NCBI RefSeq assembly: GCF_902713615.1
Contig: NC_052154.1
Span: 92,449,030-92,513,029 of the forward strand
DNA length: 64,000 bases
Reading direction: 5' to 3'
Source of the DNA: Scyliorhinus canicula
Lineage: Eukaryota
In this document: in pieces, positions 37,131 to 47,830 of the stretch
Layout of the letters: every line of letters begins with the position of its first letter
Numbering within the stretch: position 1 is the stretch's first letter
The notes under the pieces: model-generated
What the model was told of the DNA's origin: nothing
Databases searched by the model: none
What the model saw: only the letters and a program-made list of their open reading frames with translations
Translations under genes and position numbers: made by a program

Positions 37131-38205
37131 ATGCTCAAGTTAAAAGAAAAACTGTGAAAAAGCCACAATTGTGTCAGGCTATCAAGTGAACCTAGTTTCC
37201 TCTTTCAAATGCTGATTTCTCCAGTTTCTTGCTCTTTAATTGCAATGATTCCCGTATGGGTAACATCACATATTGCACCTGTTTTCGTGACGTGCTATCT
37301 AGGGCGATAAAAATTAACGTTTATAGTACAAAGAAAGGAGGCACAAAGGCTTCATTTTGTTGTTCTCCAGTTAACGGCAAAGTTGATTTTTTGCTTCTTG
37401 CTAGTTGAATTTAATTTCCTTATCAGTGAATTATTTAGAGTAGCAGAGAAACATATAATAATACAGCGTGGAAGAAGTCATTCGGTTCAGAGTGTGCACA
37501 GTTAGTCACATACTTTCTCATCAGGAACAACAGTCGGACCCCTCAAGCATGCTCCATCATTTAATAGGATCATGGCTGATCCGACATGCTTGCTTTCCAC
37601 TTAACTGCCCTTTCCCCGTAACTCATGAAAATGAAAATCGCTTATTGTCACGAGTAGGCTTCAAATGAAGTTACTGTGAAAAGCCACTAGTCGCCACATT
37701 CGGGAGGCTGTTACGGGAATTGAACTGTGCTGCTGGCTTGCTTGGTCTGCTTTCAAAGCCAGCGATTTAGCCCTGTGCTAAACAGCCCCTGGCTCCCTTA
37801 CTGATCAAAATATATCTACCTCAGTCTTAAATGTACTGAAGGACTCTTCCTCCACAGCTCTCTGCGGCAAGGAGTTCCAAAGACTCGTTACTGTTTCAGT
37901 TCTTTTCTGTTTCAATATTGAAAACCAATACTTATCTTTTTCACCAACCTATCAATTCGTTGACTGGGGTGATTAGTGGCAAGTAGCCTTCACGTTGAAA
38001 AATGACCAAGCTTGATCATCTCCAGGAAGGAAGTATCCCAATACCTACCATTATCGTGCACTGACATGACTATCGCTGAATCCCCAACACAACTCTAAGG
38101 CAGGCATTACTGAATCAATAACTATTGGACAGCAATTAACATCTCAATGATTTGAAAGGTTGTTATTTTACAAAAATTGTTGAAAATTGGATTCCTGCGC
38201 CTGCT

Positions 38206-39252
38206 ACACCTGCTAGGTGCAGCCTGCTGGTGCTGCAAACATTGTCCATTTTATCCTATATGATTTGCGTTCCTCCATTTTGTATTCAACTTTGGTAAAG
38301 CATTTGAAGTAGTCACTGAGACTTCTAATGATCAGGGAGACTTGTTAATAATTCAGCTTAAAATATGTTGCAAAATCCAAATGTACTTCAGCTCTGAATC
38401 AGCTGGATGGACAGGAATACTCAGATTAATTTCCTTGAAGGAGTCAATAACACCAGTATCGAGGCCATGATCATTCAAAACCAAATCCATTGGGCCGTCC
38501 ATATGATTTGGAAATCTGAGTCCTGACTGCCAAAACAAATCTTATTCACCCAGCTCAAGGAAGGATGCCGATCAAGAGGAGGACAAAGGAAGCTCTTCAA
38601 AGACACCTTTTAGGTTTACCTCAAGAAATAAAACATAGACGTCATGCCTGGTAGAGCTTTGCTCAGAGGTGACCAACTTGGAGGAACCTCCTGATTGAAG
38701 GTCACAATTCTTTAAGAACATTCGAAAGCAAGAGGAGTTCCAGAAAAGGAGCCTGAGAAAGGATTGTCCATGACTTAGCATCCAAGGACCAATGCCATCT
38801 TTTGAAAACCCTGCCAAGTGAGTGATTGAAGATAGGGCACTAGGTTAAGGCTCATCAGCCACATAAGGACCCACGGAACCCGTGACCTGTAACACTGCGT
38901 ATCTTAGGTAGACAATCATACCCGTGAGCGACTGATAACCACATTCTATCCATTACAGTTCCTTTAATGGAATTAACATCCTCGTGACAAACCAAAGTTC
39001 TAAAAAAAACTCATTCACCTTCTGTGACTACGCCCACGTTTTATACAGTAAATTACACATTTAATGAAATTAACAGCCTCATGACAAATGAAACTTTTAA
39101 AAGTGTCTTCCTTTCATATTATTTGCATTTTTAACATTTTAAACAATATGCATGAATAATATAAAACTCTAACCTATCAAAAAATAATGTGTCCGACAGA
39201 ACCCCAACATTGCAGAAGGAGGCCATTCGGCCCATTGAGTCTGCACTGAGCC
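38206..39252 (+). repeat. Direct duplication of about 1.05 kb, copy A (copy B is 51973-53021)
   Basis: Colinear and roughly 95-97% identical by eye. Contains the RTE remnant, an AT-rich spacer and the start of a SINE. Confidence 0.9.
38290..38880 (+). mobile_element. RTE-clade LINE 3' fragment (degenerate)
   Basis: Translates SIEAMIIQNQIHWAVHMI…LPKQILFTQLKEGCRSRGGQRKLFKDT…RLRLISHIRTH, a typical RTE ORF C-terminus. A second copy lies at about 52050-52650. Confidence 0.75.
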
Positions 39253-40853
39253 TCTCTATTGGGTTCCGAAGACATTCGATAACGGAGTCCTGTTGTCCAA
39301 AGTGGCTAAGCCTATGCCAAATCTAGTTTGGGCTACAGATACCGCAGGAGAATTTTTATCCCTAAACTAATCTTGGAATAAGGCGAATATCAGGAGACAG
39401 CTCCTTGAGGCAGAAAAACTCGGAGCAGGAGTCGGCCATTCGACCCCTCGGGATTGCCTAGCTATTTATTATTGAAACCATTTGTGGAACGAACTGCATG
39501 GAAGAGTGGCGGAGGCAGTTTCGATGGTGGTTTTCAAAAGAGAGTTAGATTATTACCCAAAACGGAAAATCAGTTCCAGGCGAAAGGCCTGGGAGTGGCG
39601 CTGAAACAATGAGGTTTCAATTCCTAAAACGCTTTTCACGGTCCATTAGAGCAATGAAGTAATGTTTCAAGTTCTGAGTGACTAGCACTTGCAGAGAGCT
39701 GACACAGACATGACGGGCCGAAGGTCTCCTTCAGCGCTGTAACCATTCTGTGATTCTAAATATTATTGAATCATAAATAGGCTGGGGACAAGAAGGGAAG
39801 ACAATGGATTAGTGGTGATTTCACTGGGCTAGTAATACAGACATGCTCTGGGGACGTCGGTTCAATCCCATCAGGGCAACTGGTAGAATTTCAATTAAAT
39901 GAATTAATCTGGGAATAAACAGTTTGCCACATCTGAGTCACTAATGTGAAGGAAACCTTCCATCCTTACCTGGCCTGACATACATTTGTCTCCAGATCCA
40001 CAGCAATGTGGTTGATTCTTGCCTCCTGAAATGGTGTGATAATGTGATGGGCAACAATGCACACATCCCGTGAAATAATAAATTAAAAACTGAAAACATA
40101 GTTCAGCATTCTTTATTTTGATCCATTAATAGATAGCTTAAGTTTAAACTTTCACAAAGGGTCATCTGGACTCGAAACATTAGCTCTTTTCTCTGCCTTG
40201 AGATGCTGCCAGACCTGCTGAGATTTTCCAGCATTTTCTGTTTGGTTTAAGTTTAAACGCACTAAAGTAGCAACAGTTGATAAAACTGTTCCAGGCATTA
40301 ATCTTCTAGAATGGAACAATGTACTGCTTTATATGTACATACGGATTTCAGTTAAATCCTGTAGATCCTGACATTCCCTCCCCCCCCCCCCCCCCGACCA
40401 CCCGCCCTCTTACATATTGTAAAGCTGGTTTAGCTCAGTGGGCTAGACAACTGGTTTGTAGGCCAGCAGCGGGGTTTCAATTCCCGTACCAACACTGTGT
40501 ACCCAAACAGGCGCCGGAATGCTGCGACCAGCAGAGGGCAGCAGAGCAGAGCTACTGATCAGCTGTTCTGGGGAAATTTGCATACGTGCAGTGCGGTCAG
40601 CCTAAGTTGAAGGTGGTTTGTGGAGGGGCTGTTGGCAAGTGACAGTTAAACCCGAAACACTTTCCCACCCTACCTCCTCCTCTAACCAACCCCCCCACCC
40701 CACGGTGGTTGGGAAGCGGGAGCAGGGGCCTGTCGTGAAGGTGAGTGAGTGCCTTTAAGTTTGCTTACCTTTCAGCGGGATCAGGGTTTGAGGTAATATC
40801 AGGTAAGCTCTTCCTTTCTTTTTCTTTTTCTTGTTTTTTTTAATCTAGAGGGG

Positions 40854-41780
40854 ATGTCAGGGAAGGCAGTACAATGCTCCTCCTGCAGAATGTTTGAGGT
40901 GAGGGACGCCGTCAGTGTCCCTGCTGATTTCATCTGTGGGAAGTGCACCCAACTCCAGCTCCTCAAAAACCGTGTTAGGGACCTGGAGCTTGAGCTGGAT
41001 GAACTTCGGATCATTCGGGAGGCAGAGGGGGTCATAGATAGGAGCTTCAGGGAAGTAGTTACACCAAAGACTGGAGATAGATGGGTAACTGTAAGAGGGA
41101 CTGGGAAGAAGCAGTCAGTGCAGGGACCCCCTGCGGTCGTTCCCCTGAGTAACAAGTATACCGTTTTGGATACTTGTGGGGGGGACGACTTACCAGGGGT
41201 AAGCCATGGGGTACGGGCCTCTGGCACGGAGTCTGTCCCTGTTGCTCAGAAGGGAAGGGGGGAAAGGAGTAGAACATTAGTAATTGGGGACTCAATAGTC
41301 AGGGGCACAGATAGGAGATTTTGTGGGAGCGAGAGAGACTCACGTTTGGTATGTTGCCTCCCAGGTGCAAGGGTACGTGATGTCTCGGATCGTGTTTTCC
41401 GGGTCCTTAAGGGGGAGGGGGAGCAGCCCCAAGTCGTAGTCCACATTGGCACTAACGACATAGGTAGGAAAGGGGACAAGGATGTCAGGCAGGCCTTTAG
41501 GGAGCTAGGATGGAAGCTCAGAGCGAGAACAAACAGAGTTGTTATCTCTGGGTTGTTGCCCGTGCCACGTGATAGTGAGATGAGGAATAGGGAGAGACAG
41601 CAATTAAACACGTGGCTACAGGGATGGTGCAGGCGGGAGGGATTCAGATTTCTGGATAACTGGGGCTCTTTCTGGGGAAGGTGGGACCTCTATAGACAGG
41701 ATGGTCTACATCTGAACCTGAGGGGCACCAATATCCTGGGGGGGAGATTTGTTAGTACTCTTTGGGGGGGTTTAAACTAA
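40854..41780 (+). CDS. CR1 ORF1p: zinc finger, coiled coil/leucine zipper and SGNH esterase
   Basis: 308 aa, open. CSSC…CGKC, LQLLKNRVRDLELELDEL, GDS, GTND and DGLH (SGNH blocks intact). Confidence 0.93.
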   Translation: MSGKAVQCSSCRMFEVRDAVSVPADFICGKCTQLQLLKNRVRDLELELDELRIIREAEGVIDRSFREVVTPKTGDRWVTVRGTGKKQSVQGPPAVVPLSNKYTVLDTCGGDDLPGVSHGVRASGTESVPVAQKGRGERSRTLVIGDSIVRGTDRRFCGSERDSRLVCCLPGARVRDVSDRVFRVLKGEGEQPQVVVHIGTNDIGRKGDKDVRQAFRELGWKLRARTNRVVISGLLPVPRDSEMRNRERQQLNTWLQGWCRREGFRFLDNWGSFWGRWDLYRQDGLHLNLRGTNILGGRFVSTLWGGLN

Positions 41781-44665
41781 TTCAGCAGGGGCATGGGAAC
41801 CTGGATTGTAGTTTTGGGGTGCGAGAGATTGAGAGTAGAGAGGTCAGGAGCACAGTTTTGACTTCGCAGGAGGGCGGCAGTGTTCAGGTCTGTGGTTTGA
41901 AGTGTGTCTATTTCAATGCCAGGAGTATACGAAATAAGGTAGGGGAACTGGCAGCATGGGTAGGTACCTGGGACTTCGATGTTGTGGCCATTTCAGAGAC
42001 ATGGATAGAGCAGGGACAGGAATGGTTGTTGCAGGTTCCGGGGTTTAGGTGCTTTAGTAAGGTCAGAGAAGGGGGCAAAAGAGGGGGAGGTGTGGCGCTG
42101 CTAGTCAAGGACAGTATTACGGTGGTAGAAAGGATGCAAGATGGGGACTCTTCTTCCGAGGTAGTATGGGCTGAGGTTAGAAACAGGAAAGGAGAGGTCA
42201 CCCTGTTGGGAGTTTTCTATAGGCCACCTAATAGTTCTAGAGATGTAGAGGAAAGGATGGCGAAGATGATTCTGGAAAAGAGCGAAAGTAACAGGGTAGT
42301 TGTTATGGGAGACTTTAACTTTCCTAATATTGACTGGAAAAGATATAGTTCGAGTACATTGGATGGGTCGTTCTTTGTACAATGTGTGCAGGAGGGTTTT
42401 CTGACACAATATGTTGACAGGCCAACAAGAGGTGAGGCCACTTTGGATTTGGTTTTGGGTAATGAACCAGGCCAGGTGTTAGATCTGGAGGTAGGTGAAC
42501 ACTTTGGAGACAGTGACCACAATTCGGTGACCTTTACGTTAGTGATGGAAAGGGATAAGTATACCCCGCAGAGCAAGAGTTATAGCTGGGGGAAGGGCAA
42601 TTATGATGCCATTAGACATGACTTAGGATGTGTTGGTTGGAGAAGTAGGCTGCAAGGGTTGGGCACACTGGATATGTGGAGCTTGTTCAAGGAACAGCTA
42701 TTGCATGTTCTTGATAAGTACGTACCAGTCAGGCAGGGAGGAAGGGGTCGAGCGAGGGAACCGTGGTTTACCAAAGAAGTGGAATCTCTTGTTAAGAGGA
42801 AGAAGGAGGCCTATGTGAAGATGAGGCGTGAAGTTTCAGTTGGGGCGCTTGATAGTTACAAGGAAGCGAGGAAGGATCTAAAGAGAGAGCTGAGACGAGC
42901 AAGGAGGGGACATGAGAAGTCTTTGGCAGGTAGGATCAAGGAAAACCCAAAAGCTTTCTATAGGTATGTCAGGAATAAAAGAATGACTAGGGTAAGAGTA
43001 GGGCCAGTCAAGGACAGTGGTGGGAAGTTGTGTGTGGAGGCTGAGGAGATAAGCGAGATACTAAATGAATACTTTTCGTCAGTATTCACTCAAGAAAAAG
43101 ATAATATTGTGGAGGAGAATGCTGAGACCCAGGCTATTAGAATAGATGGCATTGAGGTGCGTAGGGAAGAAGTGTTGGCAATTCTGGACAAGGTGAAAAT
43201 AGATAAGTCCCCGGGGCCGGATGGGATTTATCCTAGGATTCTCTGGGAAGCCAGGGAAGAGATTGCTGAGCCTTTGGCTTTGATTTTTAGGTCATCATTA
43301 GCTACAGGAATAGTGCCAGAGGACTGGAGGATAGCAAATGTGGTCCCTTTGTTCAAGAAGGGGAGTAGAGATAACCCCGGTAACTATAGGCCGGTGAGCC
43401 TAACGTCTGTGGTGGGTAAAGTCTTGGAGAGGATTATAAAAGATACGATTTATAATCATCTAGATAGGAATAATATGATTAGGGATAGTCAGCATGGTTT
43501 TGTGAAGGGTAGGTCATGCCTCACAAACCTTATCGAGTTCTTTGAGAAGGTGACTGAACAGGTAGACGAGGGTAGAGCAGTTGATGTGGTGTATATGGAT
43601 TTCAGTAAAGCGTTTGATAAGGTTCCCCACGGTCGGCTATTGCAGAAAATACGGAGGCTGGGGATTGAGGGTGATTTAGAGATGTGGATCAGAAATTGGC
43701 TAGTTGAAAGAAGACAGAGAGTGGTAGTTGATGGGAAATGTTCAGAATGGAGTTCAGTTACGAGTGGCGTACCACAAGGATCTGTTCTGGGGCCGTTGCT
43801 GTTTGTCATTTTTATAAATGACCTAGAGGAGGGCGCAGAAGGATGGGTGAGTAAATTTGCAGACGACACTAAAGTCGGTGGAGTTGTAGACAGTGCGGAA
43901 GGATGTTGCAGGTTACAGAGGGACATAGATAAGCTGCAGAGCTGGGCTGAGAGGTGGCAAATGGAGTTTAATGTGGAGAAGTGTGAGGTGATTCACTTTG
44001 GAAAGAATAACAGGAATGCGGAATATTTGGCTAATGGTAAAATTCTTGGTAGTGTGGATGAGCAGAGGGATCTCGGTGTCCATGTACATAGATCCCTGAA
44101 AGTTGCCACCCAGGTTGATAGGGTTGTGAAGAAGGCCTATGGTGTGTTGGCCTTTATTGGTAGAGGGATTGAGTTCCGGAGCCATGAGGTCATGATGCAG
44201 CTGTACCAAACTCTGGTACGGCCGCATTTGGAGTATTGCGTACAGTTCTGGTCGCCTCATTATAGGAAGGACGTGGAAGCTTTGGAACGGGTGCAGAGGA
44301 GATTTACCAGGATGTTGCCTGGTATGGAGGGAAAATCTTATGAGGAAAGGCTGATGGACTTGAGGTTGTTTTCGTTAGAGAGAAGAAGGTTAAGAGGTGA
44401 CTTAATAGAGGCATACAAAATGATCAGAGGGTTAGATAGGGTGGACAGCGAGAGCCTTCTCCCGCGGATGGAGGTGGCTAGCACGAGGGGACATAGCCTT
44501 AAATTGAGGGGTAATAGATATAGGACAGAGGTCAGAGGTGGGTTTTTTACGCAAAGAGTGGTGAGGCCGTGGAATGCCCTACCTGCAACAGTAGTGAACT
44601 CGCCAACATTGAGGGCATTTAAAAATTTATTGGATAAGCATATGGATGATAAGGGCATAGTGTAG
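41762..44665 (+). CDS. CR1 ORF2p: APE endonuclease + reverse transcriptase (no in-frame ATG before the APE domain)
   Basis: 967 open codons. APE motifs FNARS, ISETW, YRPP, GDFN, SDH; RT motifs YRPVSLT, QHGF, DFSKAFDKV, GVPQGSVLGP, FADD. Lies in the -1 frame and overlaps the end of ORF1. Confidence 0.93.
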   Translation: MGGFKLIQQGHGNLDCSFGVREIESREVRSTVLTSQEGGSVQVCGLKCVYFNARSIRNKVGELAAWVGTWDFDVVAISETWIEQGQEWLLQVPGFRCFSKVREGGKRGGGVALLVKDSITVVERMQDGDSSSEVVWAEVRNRKGEVTLLGVFYRPPNSSRDVEERMAKMILEKSESNRVVVMGDFNFPNIDWKRYSSSTLDGSFFVQCVQEGFLTQYVDRPTRGEATLDLVLGNEPGQVLDLEVGEHFGDSDHNSVTFTLVMERDKYTPQSKSYSWGKGNYDAIRHDLGCVGWRSRLQGLGTLDMWSLFKEQLLHVLDKYVPVRQGGRGRAREPWFTKEVESLVKRKKEAYVKMRREVSVGALDSYKEARKDLKRELRRARRGHEKSLAGRIKENPKAFYRYVRNKRMTRVRVGPVKDSGGKLCVEAEEISEILNEYFSSVFTQEKDNIVEENAETQAIRIDGIEVRREEVLAILDKVKIDKSPGPDGIYPRILWEAREEIAEPLALIFRSSLATGIVPEDWRIANVVPLFKKGSRDNPGNYRPVSLTSVVGKVLERIIKDTIYNHLDRNNMIRDSQHGFVKGRSCLTNLIEFFEKVTEQVDEGRAVDVVYMDFSKAFDKVPHGRLLQKIRRLGIEGDLEMWIRNWLVERRQRVVVDGKCSEWSSVTSGVPQGSVLGPLLFVIFINDLEEGAEGWVSKFADDTKVGGVVDSAEGCCRLQRDIDKLQSWAERWQMEFNVEKCEVIHFGKNNRNAEYLANGKILGSVDEQRDLGVHVHRSLKVATQVDRVVKKAYGVLAFIGRGIEFRSHEVMMQLYQTLVRPHLEYCVQFWSPHYRKDVEALERVQRRFTRMLPGMEGKSYEERLMDLRLFSLERRRLRGDLIEAYKMIRGLDRVDSESLLPRMEVASTRGHSLKLRGNRYRTEVRGGFFTQRVVRPWNALPATVVNSPTLRAFKNLLDKHMDDKGIV

Positions 44666-45526
44666 GTTAGATGGCCTTTAGTTTTTTTTTCCATGTCGGT
44701 GCAACATCGAGGGCCGAAGGGCCTGTACTGCGCTGTATCGTTCTATGTTCTATGACTGGGGCCTTTTCACAGTAACTTCATTGCAATGTTAGTGTAAGCC
44801 TACTTGTGACAATAAAAGGTTATATTATATTATATTAATTTCTGCGTCTCCAGCCACCGAGTCTTCCCCATAGGGAAACGACTTCTCGTAAATTAAAAAA
44901 AAGTCCCTAAAAAAAAATGAAAGGGGGCAAAATAAAAAAAAATTCAAAAAGGGATTCAAGGCTTCCAGTTAGTTAATATAGAAAAAATAAGCTGACTGTA
45001 AATTAATGGTTCAAAGTCCAAGGGCCATTGCGAATTGAACAGTATACCCTGGGTTTTACAATGTTAAAGTTACCCAAGATTGTTTAATTTTACAAATTGC
45101 AGCACATAATATTTGAATTATGATTTTGATCACTACAGCTCCAGCGGTAGATTGGAATTACTGAAAGGTTGGAAAATAGAGAGGAATTTTACAACGCCTT
45201 GATCTCCGGGCGGAGTCGGTCAGTCGGCTGAAGTTTTCACTGCCCGCCTTTTCCCCTTCAATCAGGACAATTCATCCAATGATAGAAAGGGCCCCAAGAT
45301 TTTCCAATCGTATCCATGCTGCGTGCAAGGCCCGGCAGATAGCTGAACATTTTGTCCCCCGTTTCCAACACTGGTTGGATACCACACAACTCCCTAAAAT
45401 GGGAAAATCAAGACCATCCTCCACTCCACAGTGCATCTACGTCAAAGCAGTTTTCCCAACTAATGAATTATTTCAAAGTTTTGATCTTCGTTCGGAATAA
45501 TAGCAAGAGGGTTAATTCATCGCCGA

Positions 45527-45565
45527 ATATATATATATACATACACGCATACATATATATATATG
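45527..45565. repeat. (TA)n/(CA)n microsatellite
   Basis: atatatatatatacatacacgcatacatatatatatat. Confidence 0.8.
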
Positions 45566-46049
45566 CATTAGCAAAGCAGTGATAGTGCACAATACCGCAC
45601 TTAGAGCCTGAGGCTCAGGTTGCTCAACACTCGTGTTATGAGATGAGGTGCTGCCGAGTGTGAGACACCTGGGGATTGTGAAATAAAATTATGCTTGAAA
45701 GCCACAATCAGCTTTAGTACAATGTAAACTGAACCTTTGCTTGTTCCACACAGCAGGTAGCATGTTGCGACATTTTTCCATGACGCTGTGCCAATAAATT
45801 AACTGTAACTGAAACTCATCAGCTAACTGACTCCGTGGAACGCGAGTTCACATCGAACAACGACAGATAAAAAATTTGAATTCAGTTTTTTGTAAAAACT
45901 GTATACAAAAAGCTGGTTTCAATAAAAGTGACAACAAGACTGGGGGGGTTTAATGAGGTTAAAATGTAACTGCTTCCATGAATCTCTTTGTGGAAGTGAA
46001 TTTATCCACACGGCCAATACCTGTCTCTTACCCTACTGGTCGACTGTCA

Positions 46050-47830
46050 CTGACCGGAAGACCAAAGGGTCGATAGGGAGACCTGGCAGATGTACATTAA
46101 ACTGTTGACCTCCAAGAACATTAAGGGACTCAAAATGCACCGCAAACGTTGGGAAACAATGTAAATCCCCCTTTTAGTCTCTCACACATTGATGGGAACC
46201 GTCAGGGAGAACATCAAGGGATGTTTCTTCCGCAAAGGGCGAGAGCGATATCCCGACTATTGAACAGCAGGTAAAACCTGCACCGGCTGGAATCGGACCA
46301 GGAAGCCTCCCTCTTTGTCTCGGATAACATTCCGGTTGAGAGTCTGCTTCATGGAGCAGGATGTGGTGTGTTCACATTTCTTCTTCCAAAAGGTACACAG
46401 GGAACTCTCTGTGATCAGCACCCTGAAGGAAGAAGACGGCTCGGTGACATAATCGAAGTCAGACATTTTGAAGGTCAGGAAATACTTTTATTCCAGATGA
46501 TAAGACATGAACACGACATAAAGTGGGAGAGCCTGGACAAATCTCTAACTCTGGATGAGTTGAATAAGGGCATTGAGACCTTCGAGAGGGGTAGAAATCC
46601 CGGAAGCGATAACTCACCTCTTGAGTTGTTTTCAGCTCTGTGGGTCTGGATTGGTCCAGACCCGCTGGAAGTACAGGTGAGATGCTTCTGGGGGGAAGCA
46701 TGCCAGAATCTATGAGGATCAACCATTATCTGCAAGCAGAGAGGGAGAAAGAGAACAAATTCGAAATTGGCTGTGGACTCTCTATTTGTTGTGGACTGTA
46801 AAATTCTGTCCAAAGTCATCGCTAATCTGTTCGATTCTAGTCCGCAGTCGGTGATCCACCCACACCGGACTTGTGCTGGACCCGGAAGGAAGATCTCTGA
46901 TAACCTCAGGCTACTCCATACCTATGTCTGGGGCGGGGTGGACATCTTCCTCACCAGCCTCGATCAGGAGGAGGTGTTTGACAGAATATCGCCCATTTAG
47001 CAAATAGATGTGCTCTCTAAATTGGTGATTGGGAAGCGAATCCACCATTGTATCCAACTGCTCCAAACAAACATCCGTAGCGCAGTTTCCATCTCTCTCT
47101 TATCCAGTTTGGGTGTTGCATAGATTTACGTGGCGCAGGTCTGGCCCATTCCTCACTCATGGGCTGTAATGGTTACCCAGCCATCTTCTGCTTTACCTGG
47201 AGATCGAAAAAGACCAAGTCCACAGGGTCAAGATGTATCCACCTTTAGATGATATGGGAAAACATGCCCAACATCACTCTAATTTAGTTGGCCACCACTG
47301 CGTGTGGCTGCATCTAGCTCTGCATAGACCCTAGTTATGCATACATCGAGTGTCACTAGGTGCCGAAGTACTATCTGATCCCAGTCATGTGATGGATTGG
47401 TCTGGCCAAGATGCTGAGGAACACGCCAAGTCGCTGGTCCATGCTGTACCACGTGCTCCTCGTGGAAATGTTTATGCAAGTCCATCAAGCAGTGGTCTGC
47501 ACAAAGCATTCTTGAGGCCCTGCAGGGAATGGGGTGGTGAATCGTGTTGGATGGTTCCCTGAGGAGAATGTCAAAGTTATGTGGCAGAATGCCTCATCAC
47601 CAAAACTTTCAAACAGGCACAAGACCTATCATGGCTTGTGGTGAGAACGACCCATCCTATCAGGTCCTTTGGAGACATCCAAGTTTTCATCCTGTCTGTA
47701 TGTTGTTCTAGAGGTGGCCATGGTGGGGAAGAGACAGTTGACCACCTCCTTGTGAAATGTGTCTTTGCAAATAAGGTCTGGAGGGAGACGAGGTATTATT
47801 TTCTTAAGGTTCACCCTGAACCATTCTGTC
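46050..47830 (+). mobile_element. Degenerate L1/Tx1-clade LINE (RT + C-terminal CCHC)
   Basis: LDKSLTLDELNKGI…RNPGSDNSPLELFSALWVWIGP, DCKILSKVIAN and C…GEETVDHLLVKCVFANKVW. Confidence 0.75.

Larger units (their letters stand above)
40529..44753 (+). mobile_element. Intact full-length CR1 LINE (4225 bp) inserted into a family-B SINE
   Basis: 5' UTR starts at cagcagagggcagcag, both ORFs are uninterrupted, and the tail is (GTTCTAT)n. The host SINE is split with gac duplicated (40526-28 and 44754-56). Confidence 0.95.

Noticed and set aside
41908-44694. Antisense ORFs over the CR1 elements
   Set aside because: They are shadow frames of ORF1/ORF2 and recur in every copy without domain content.
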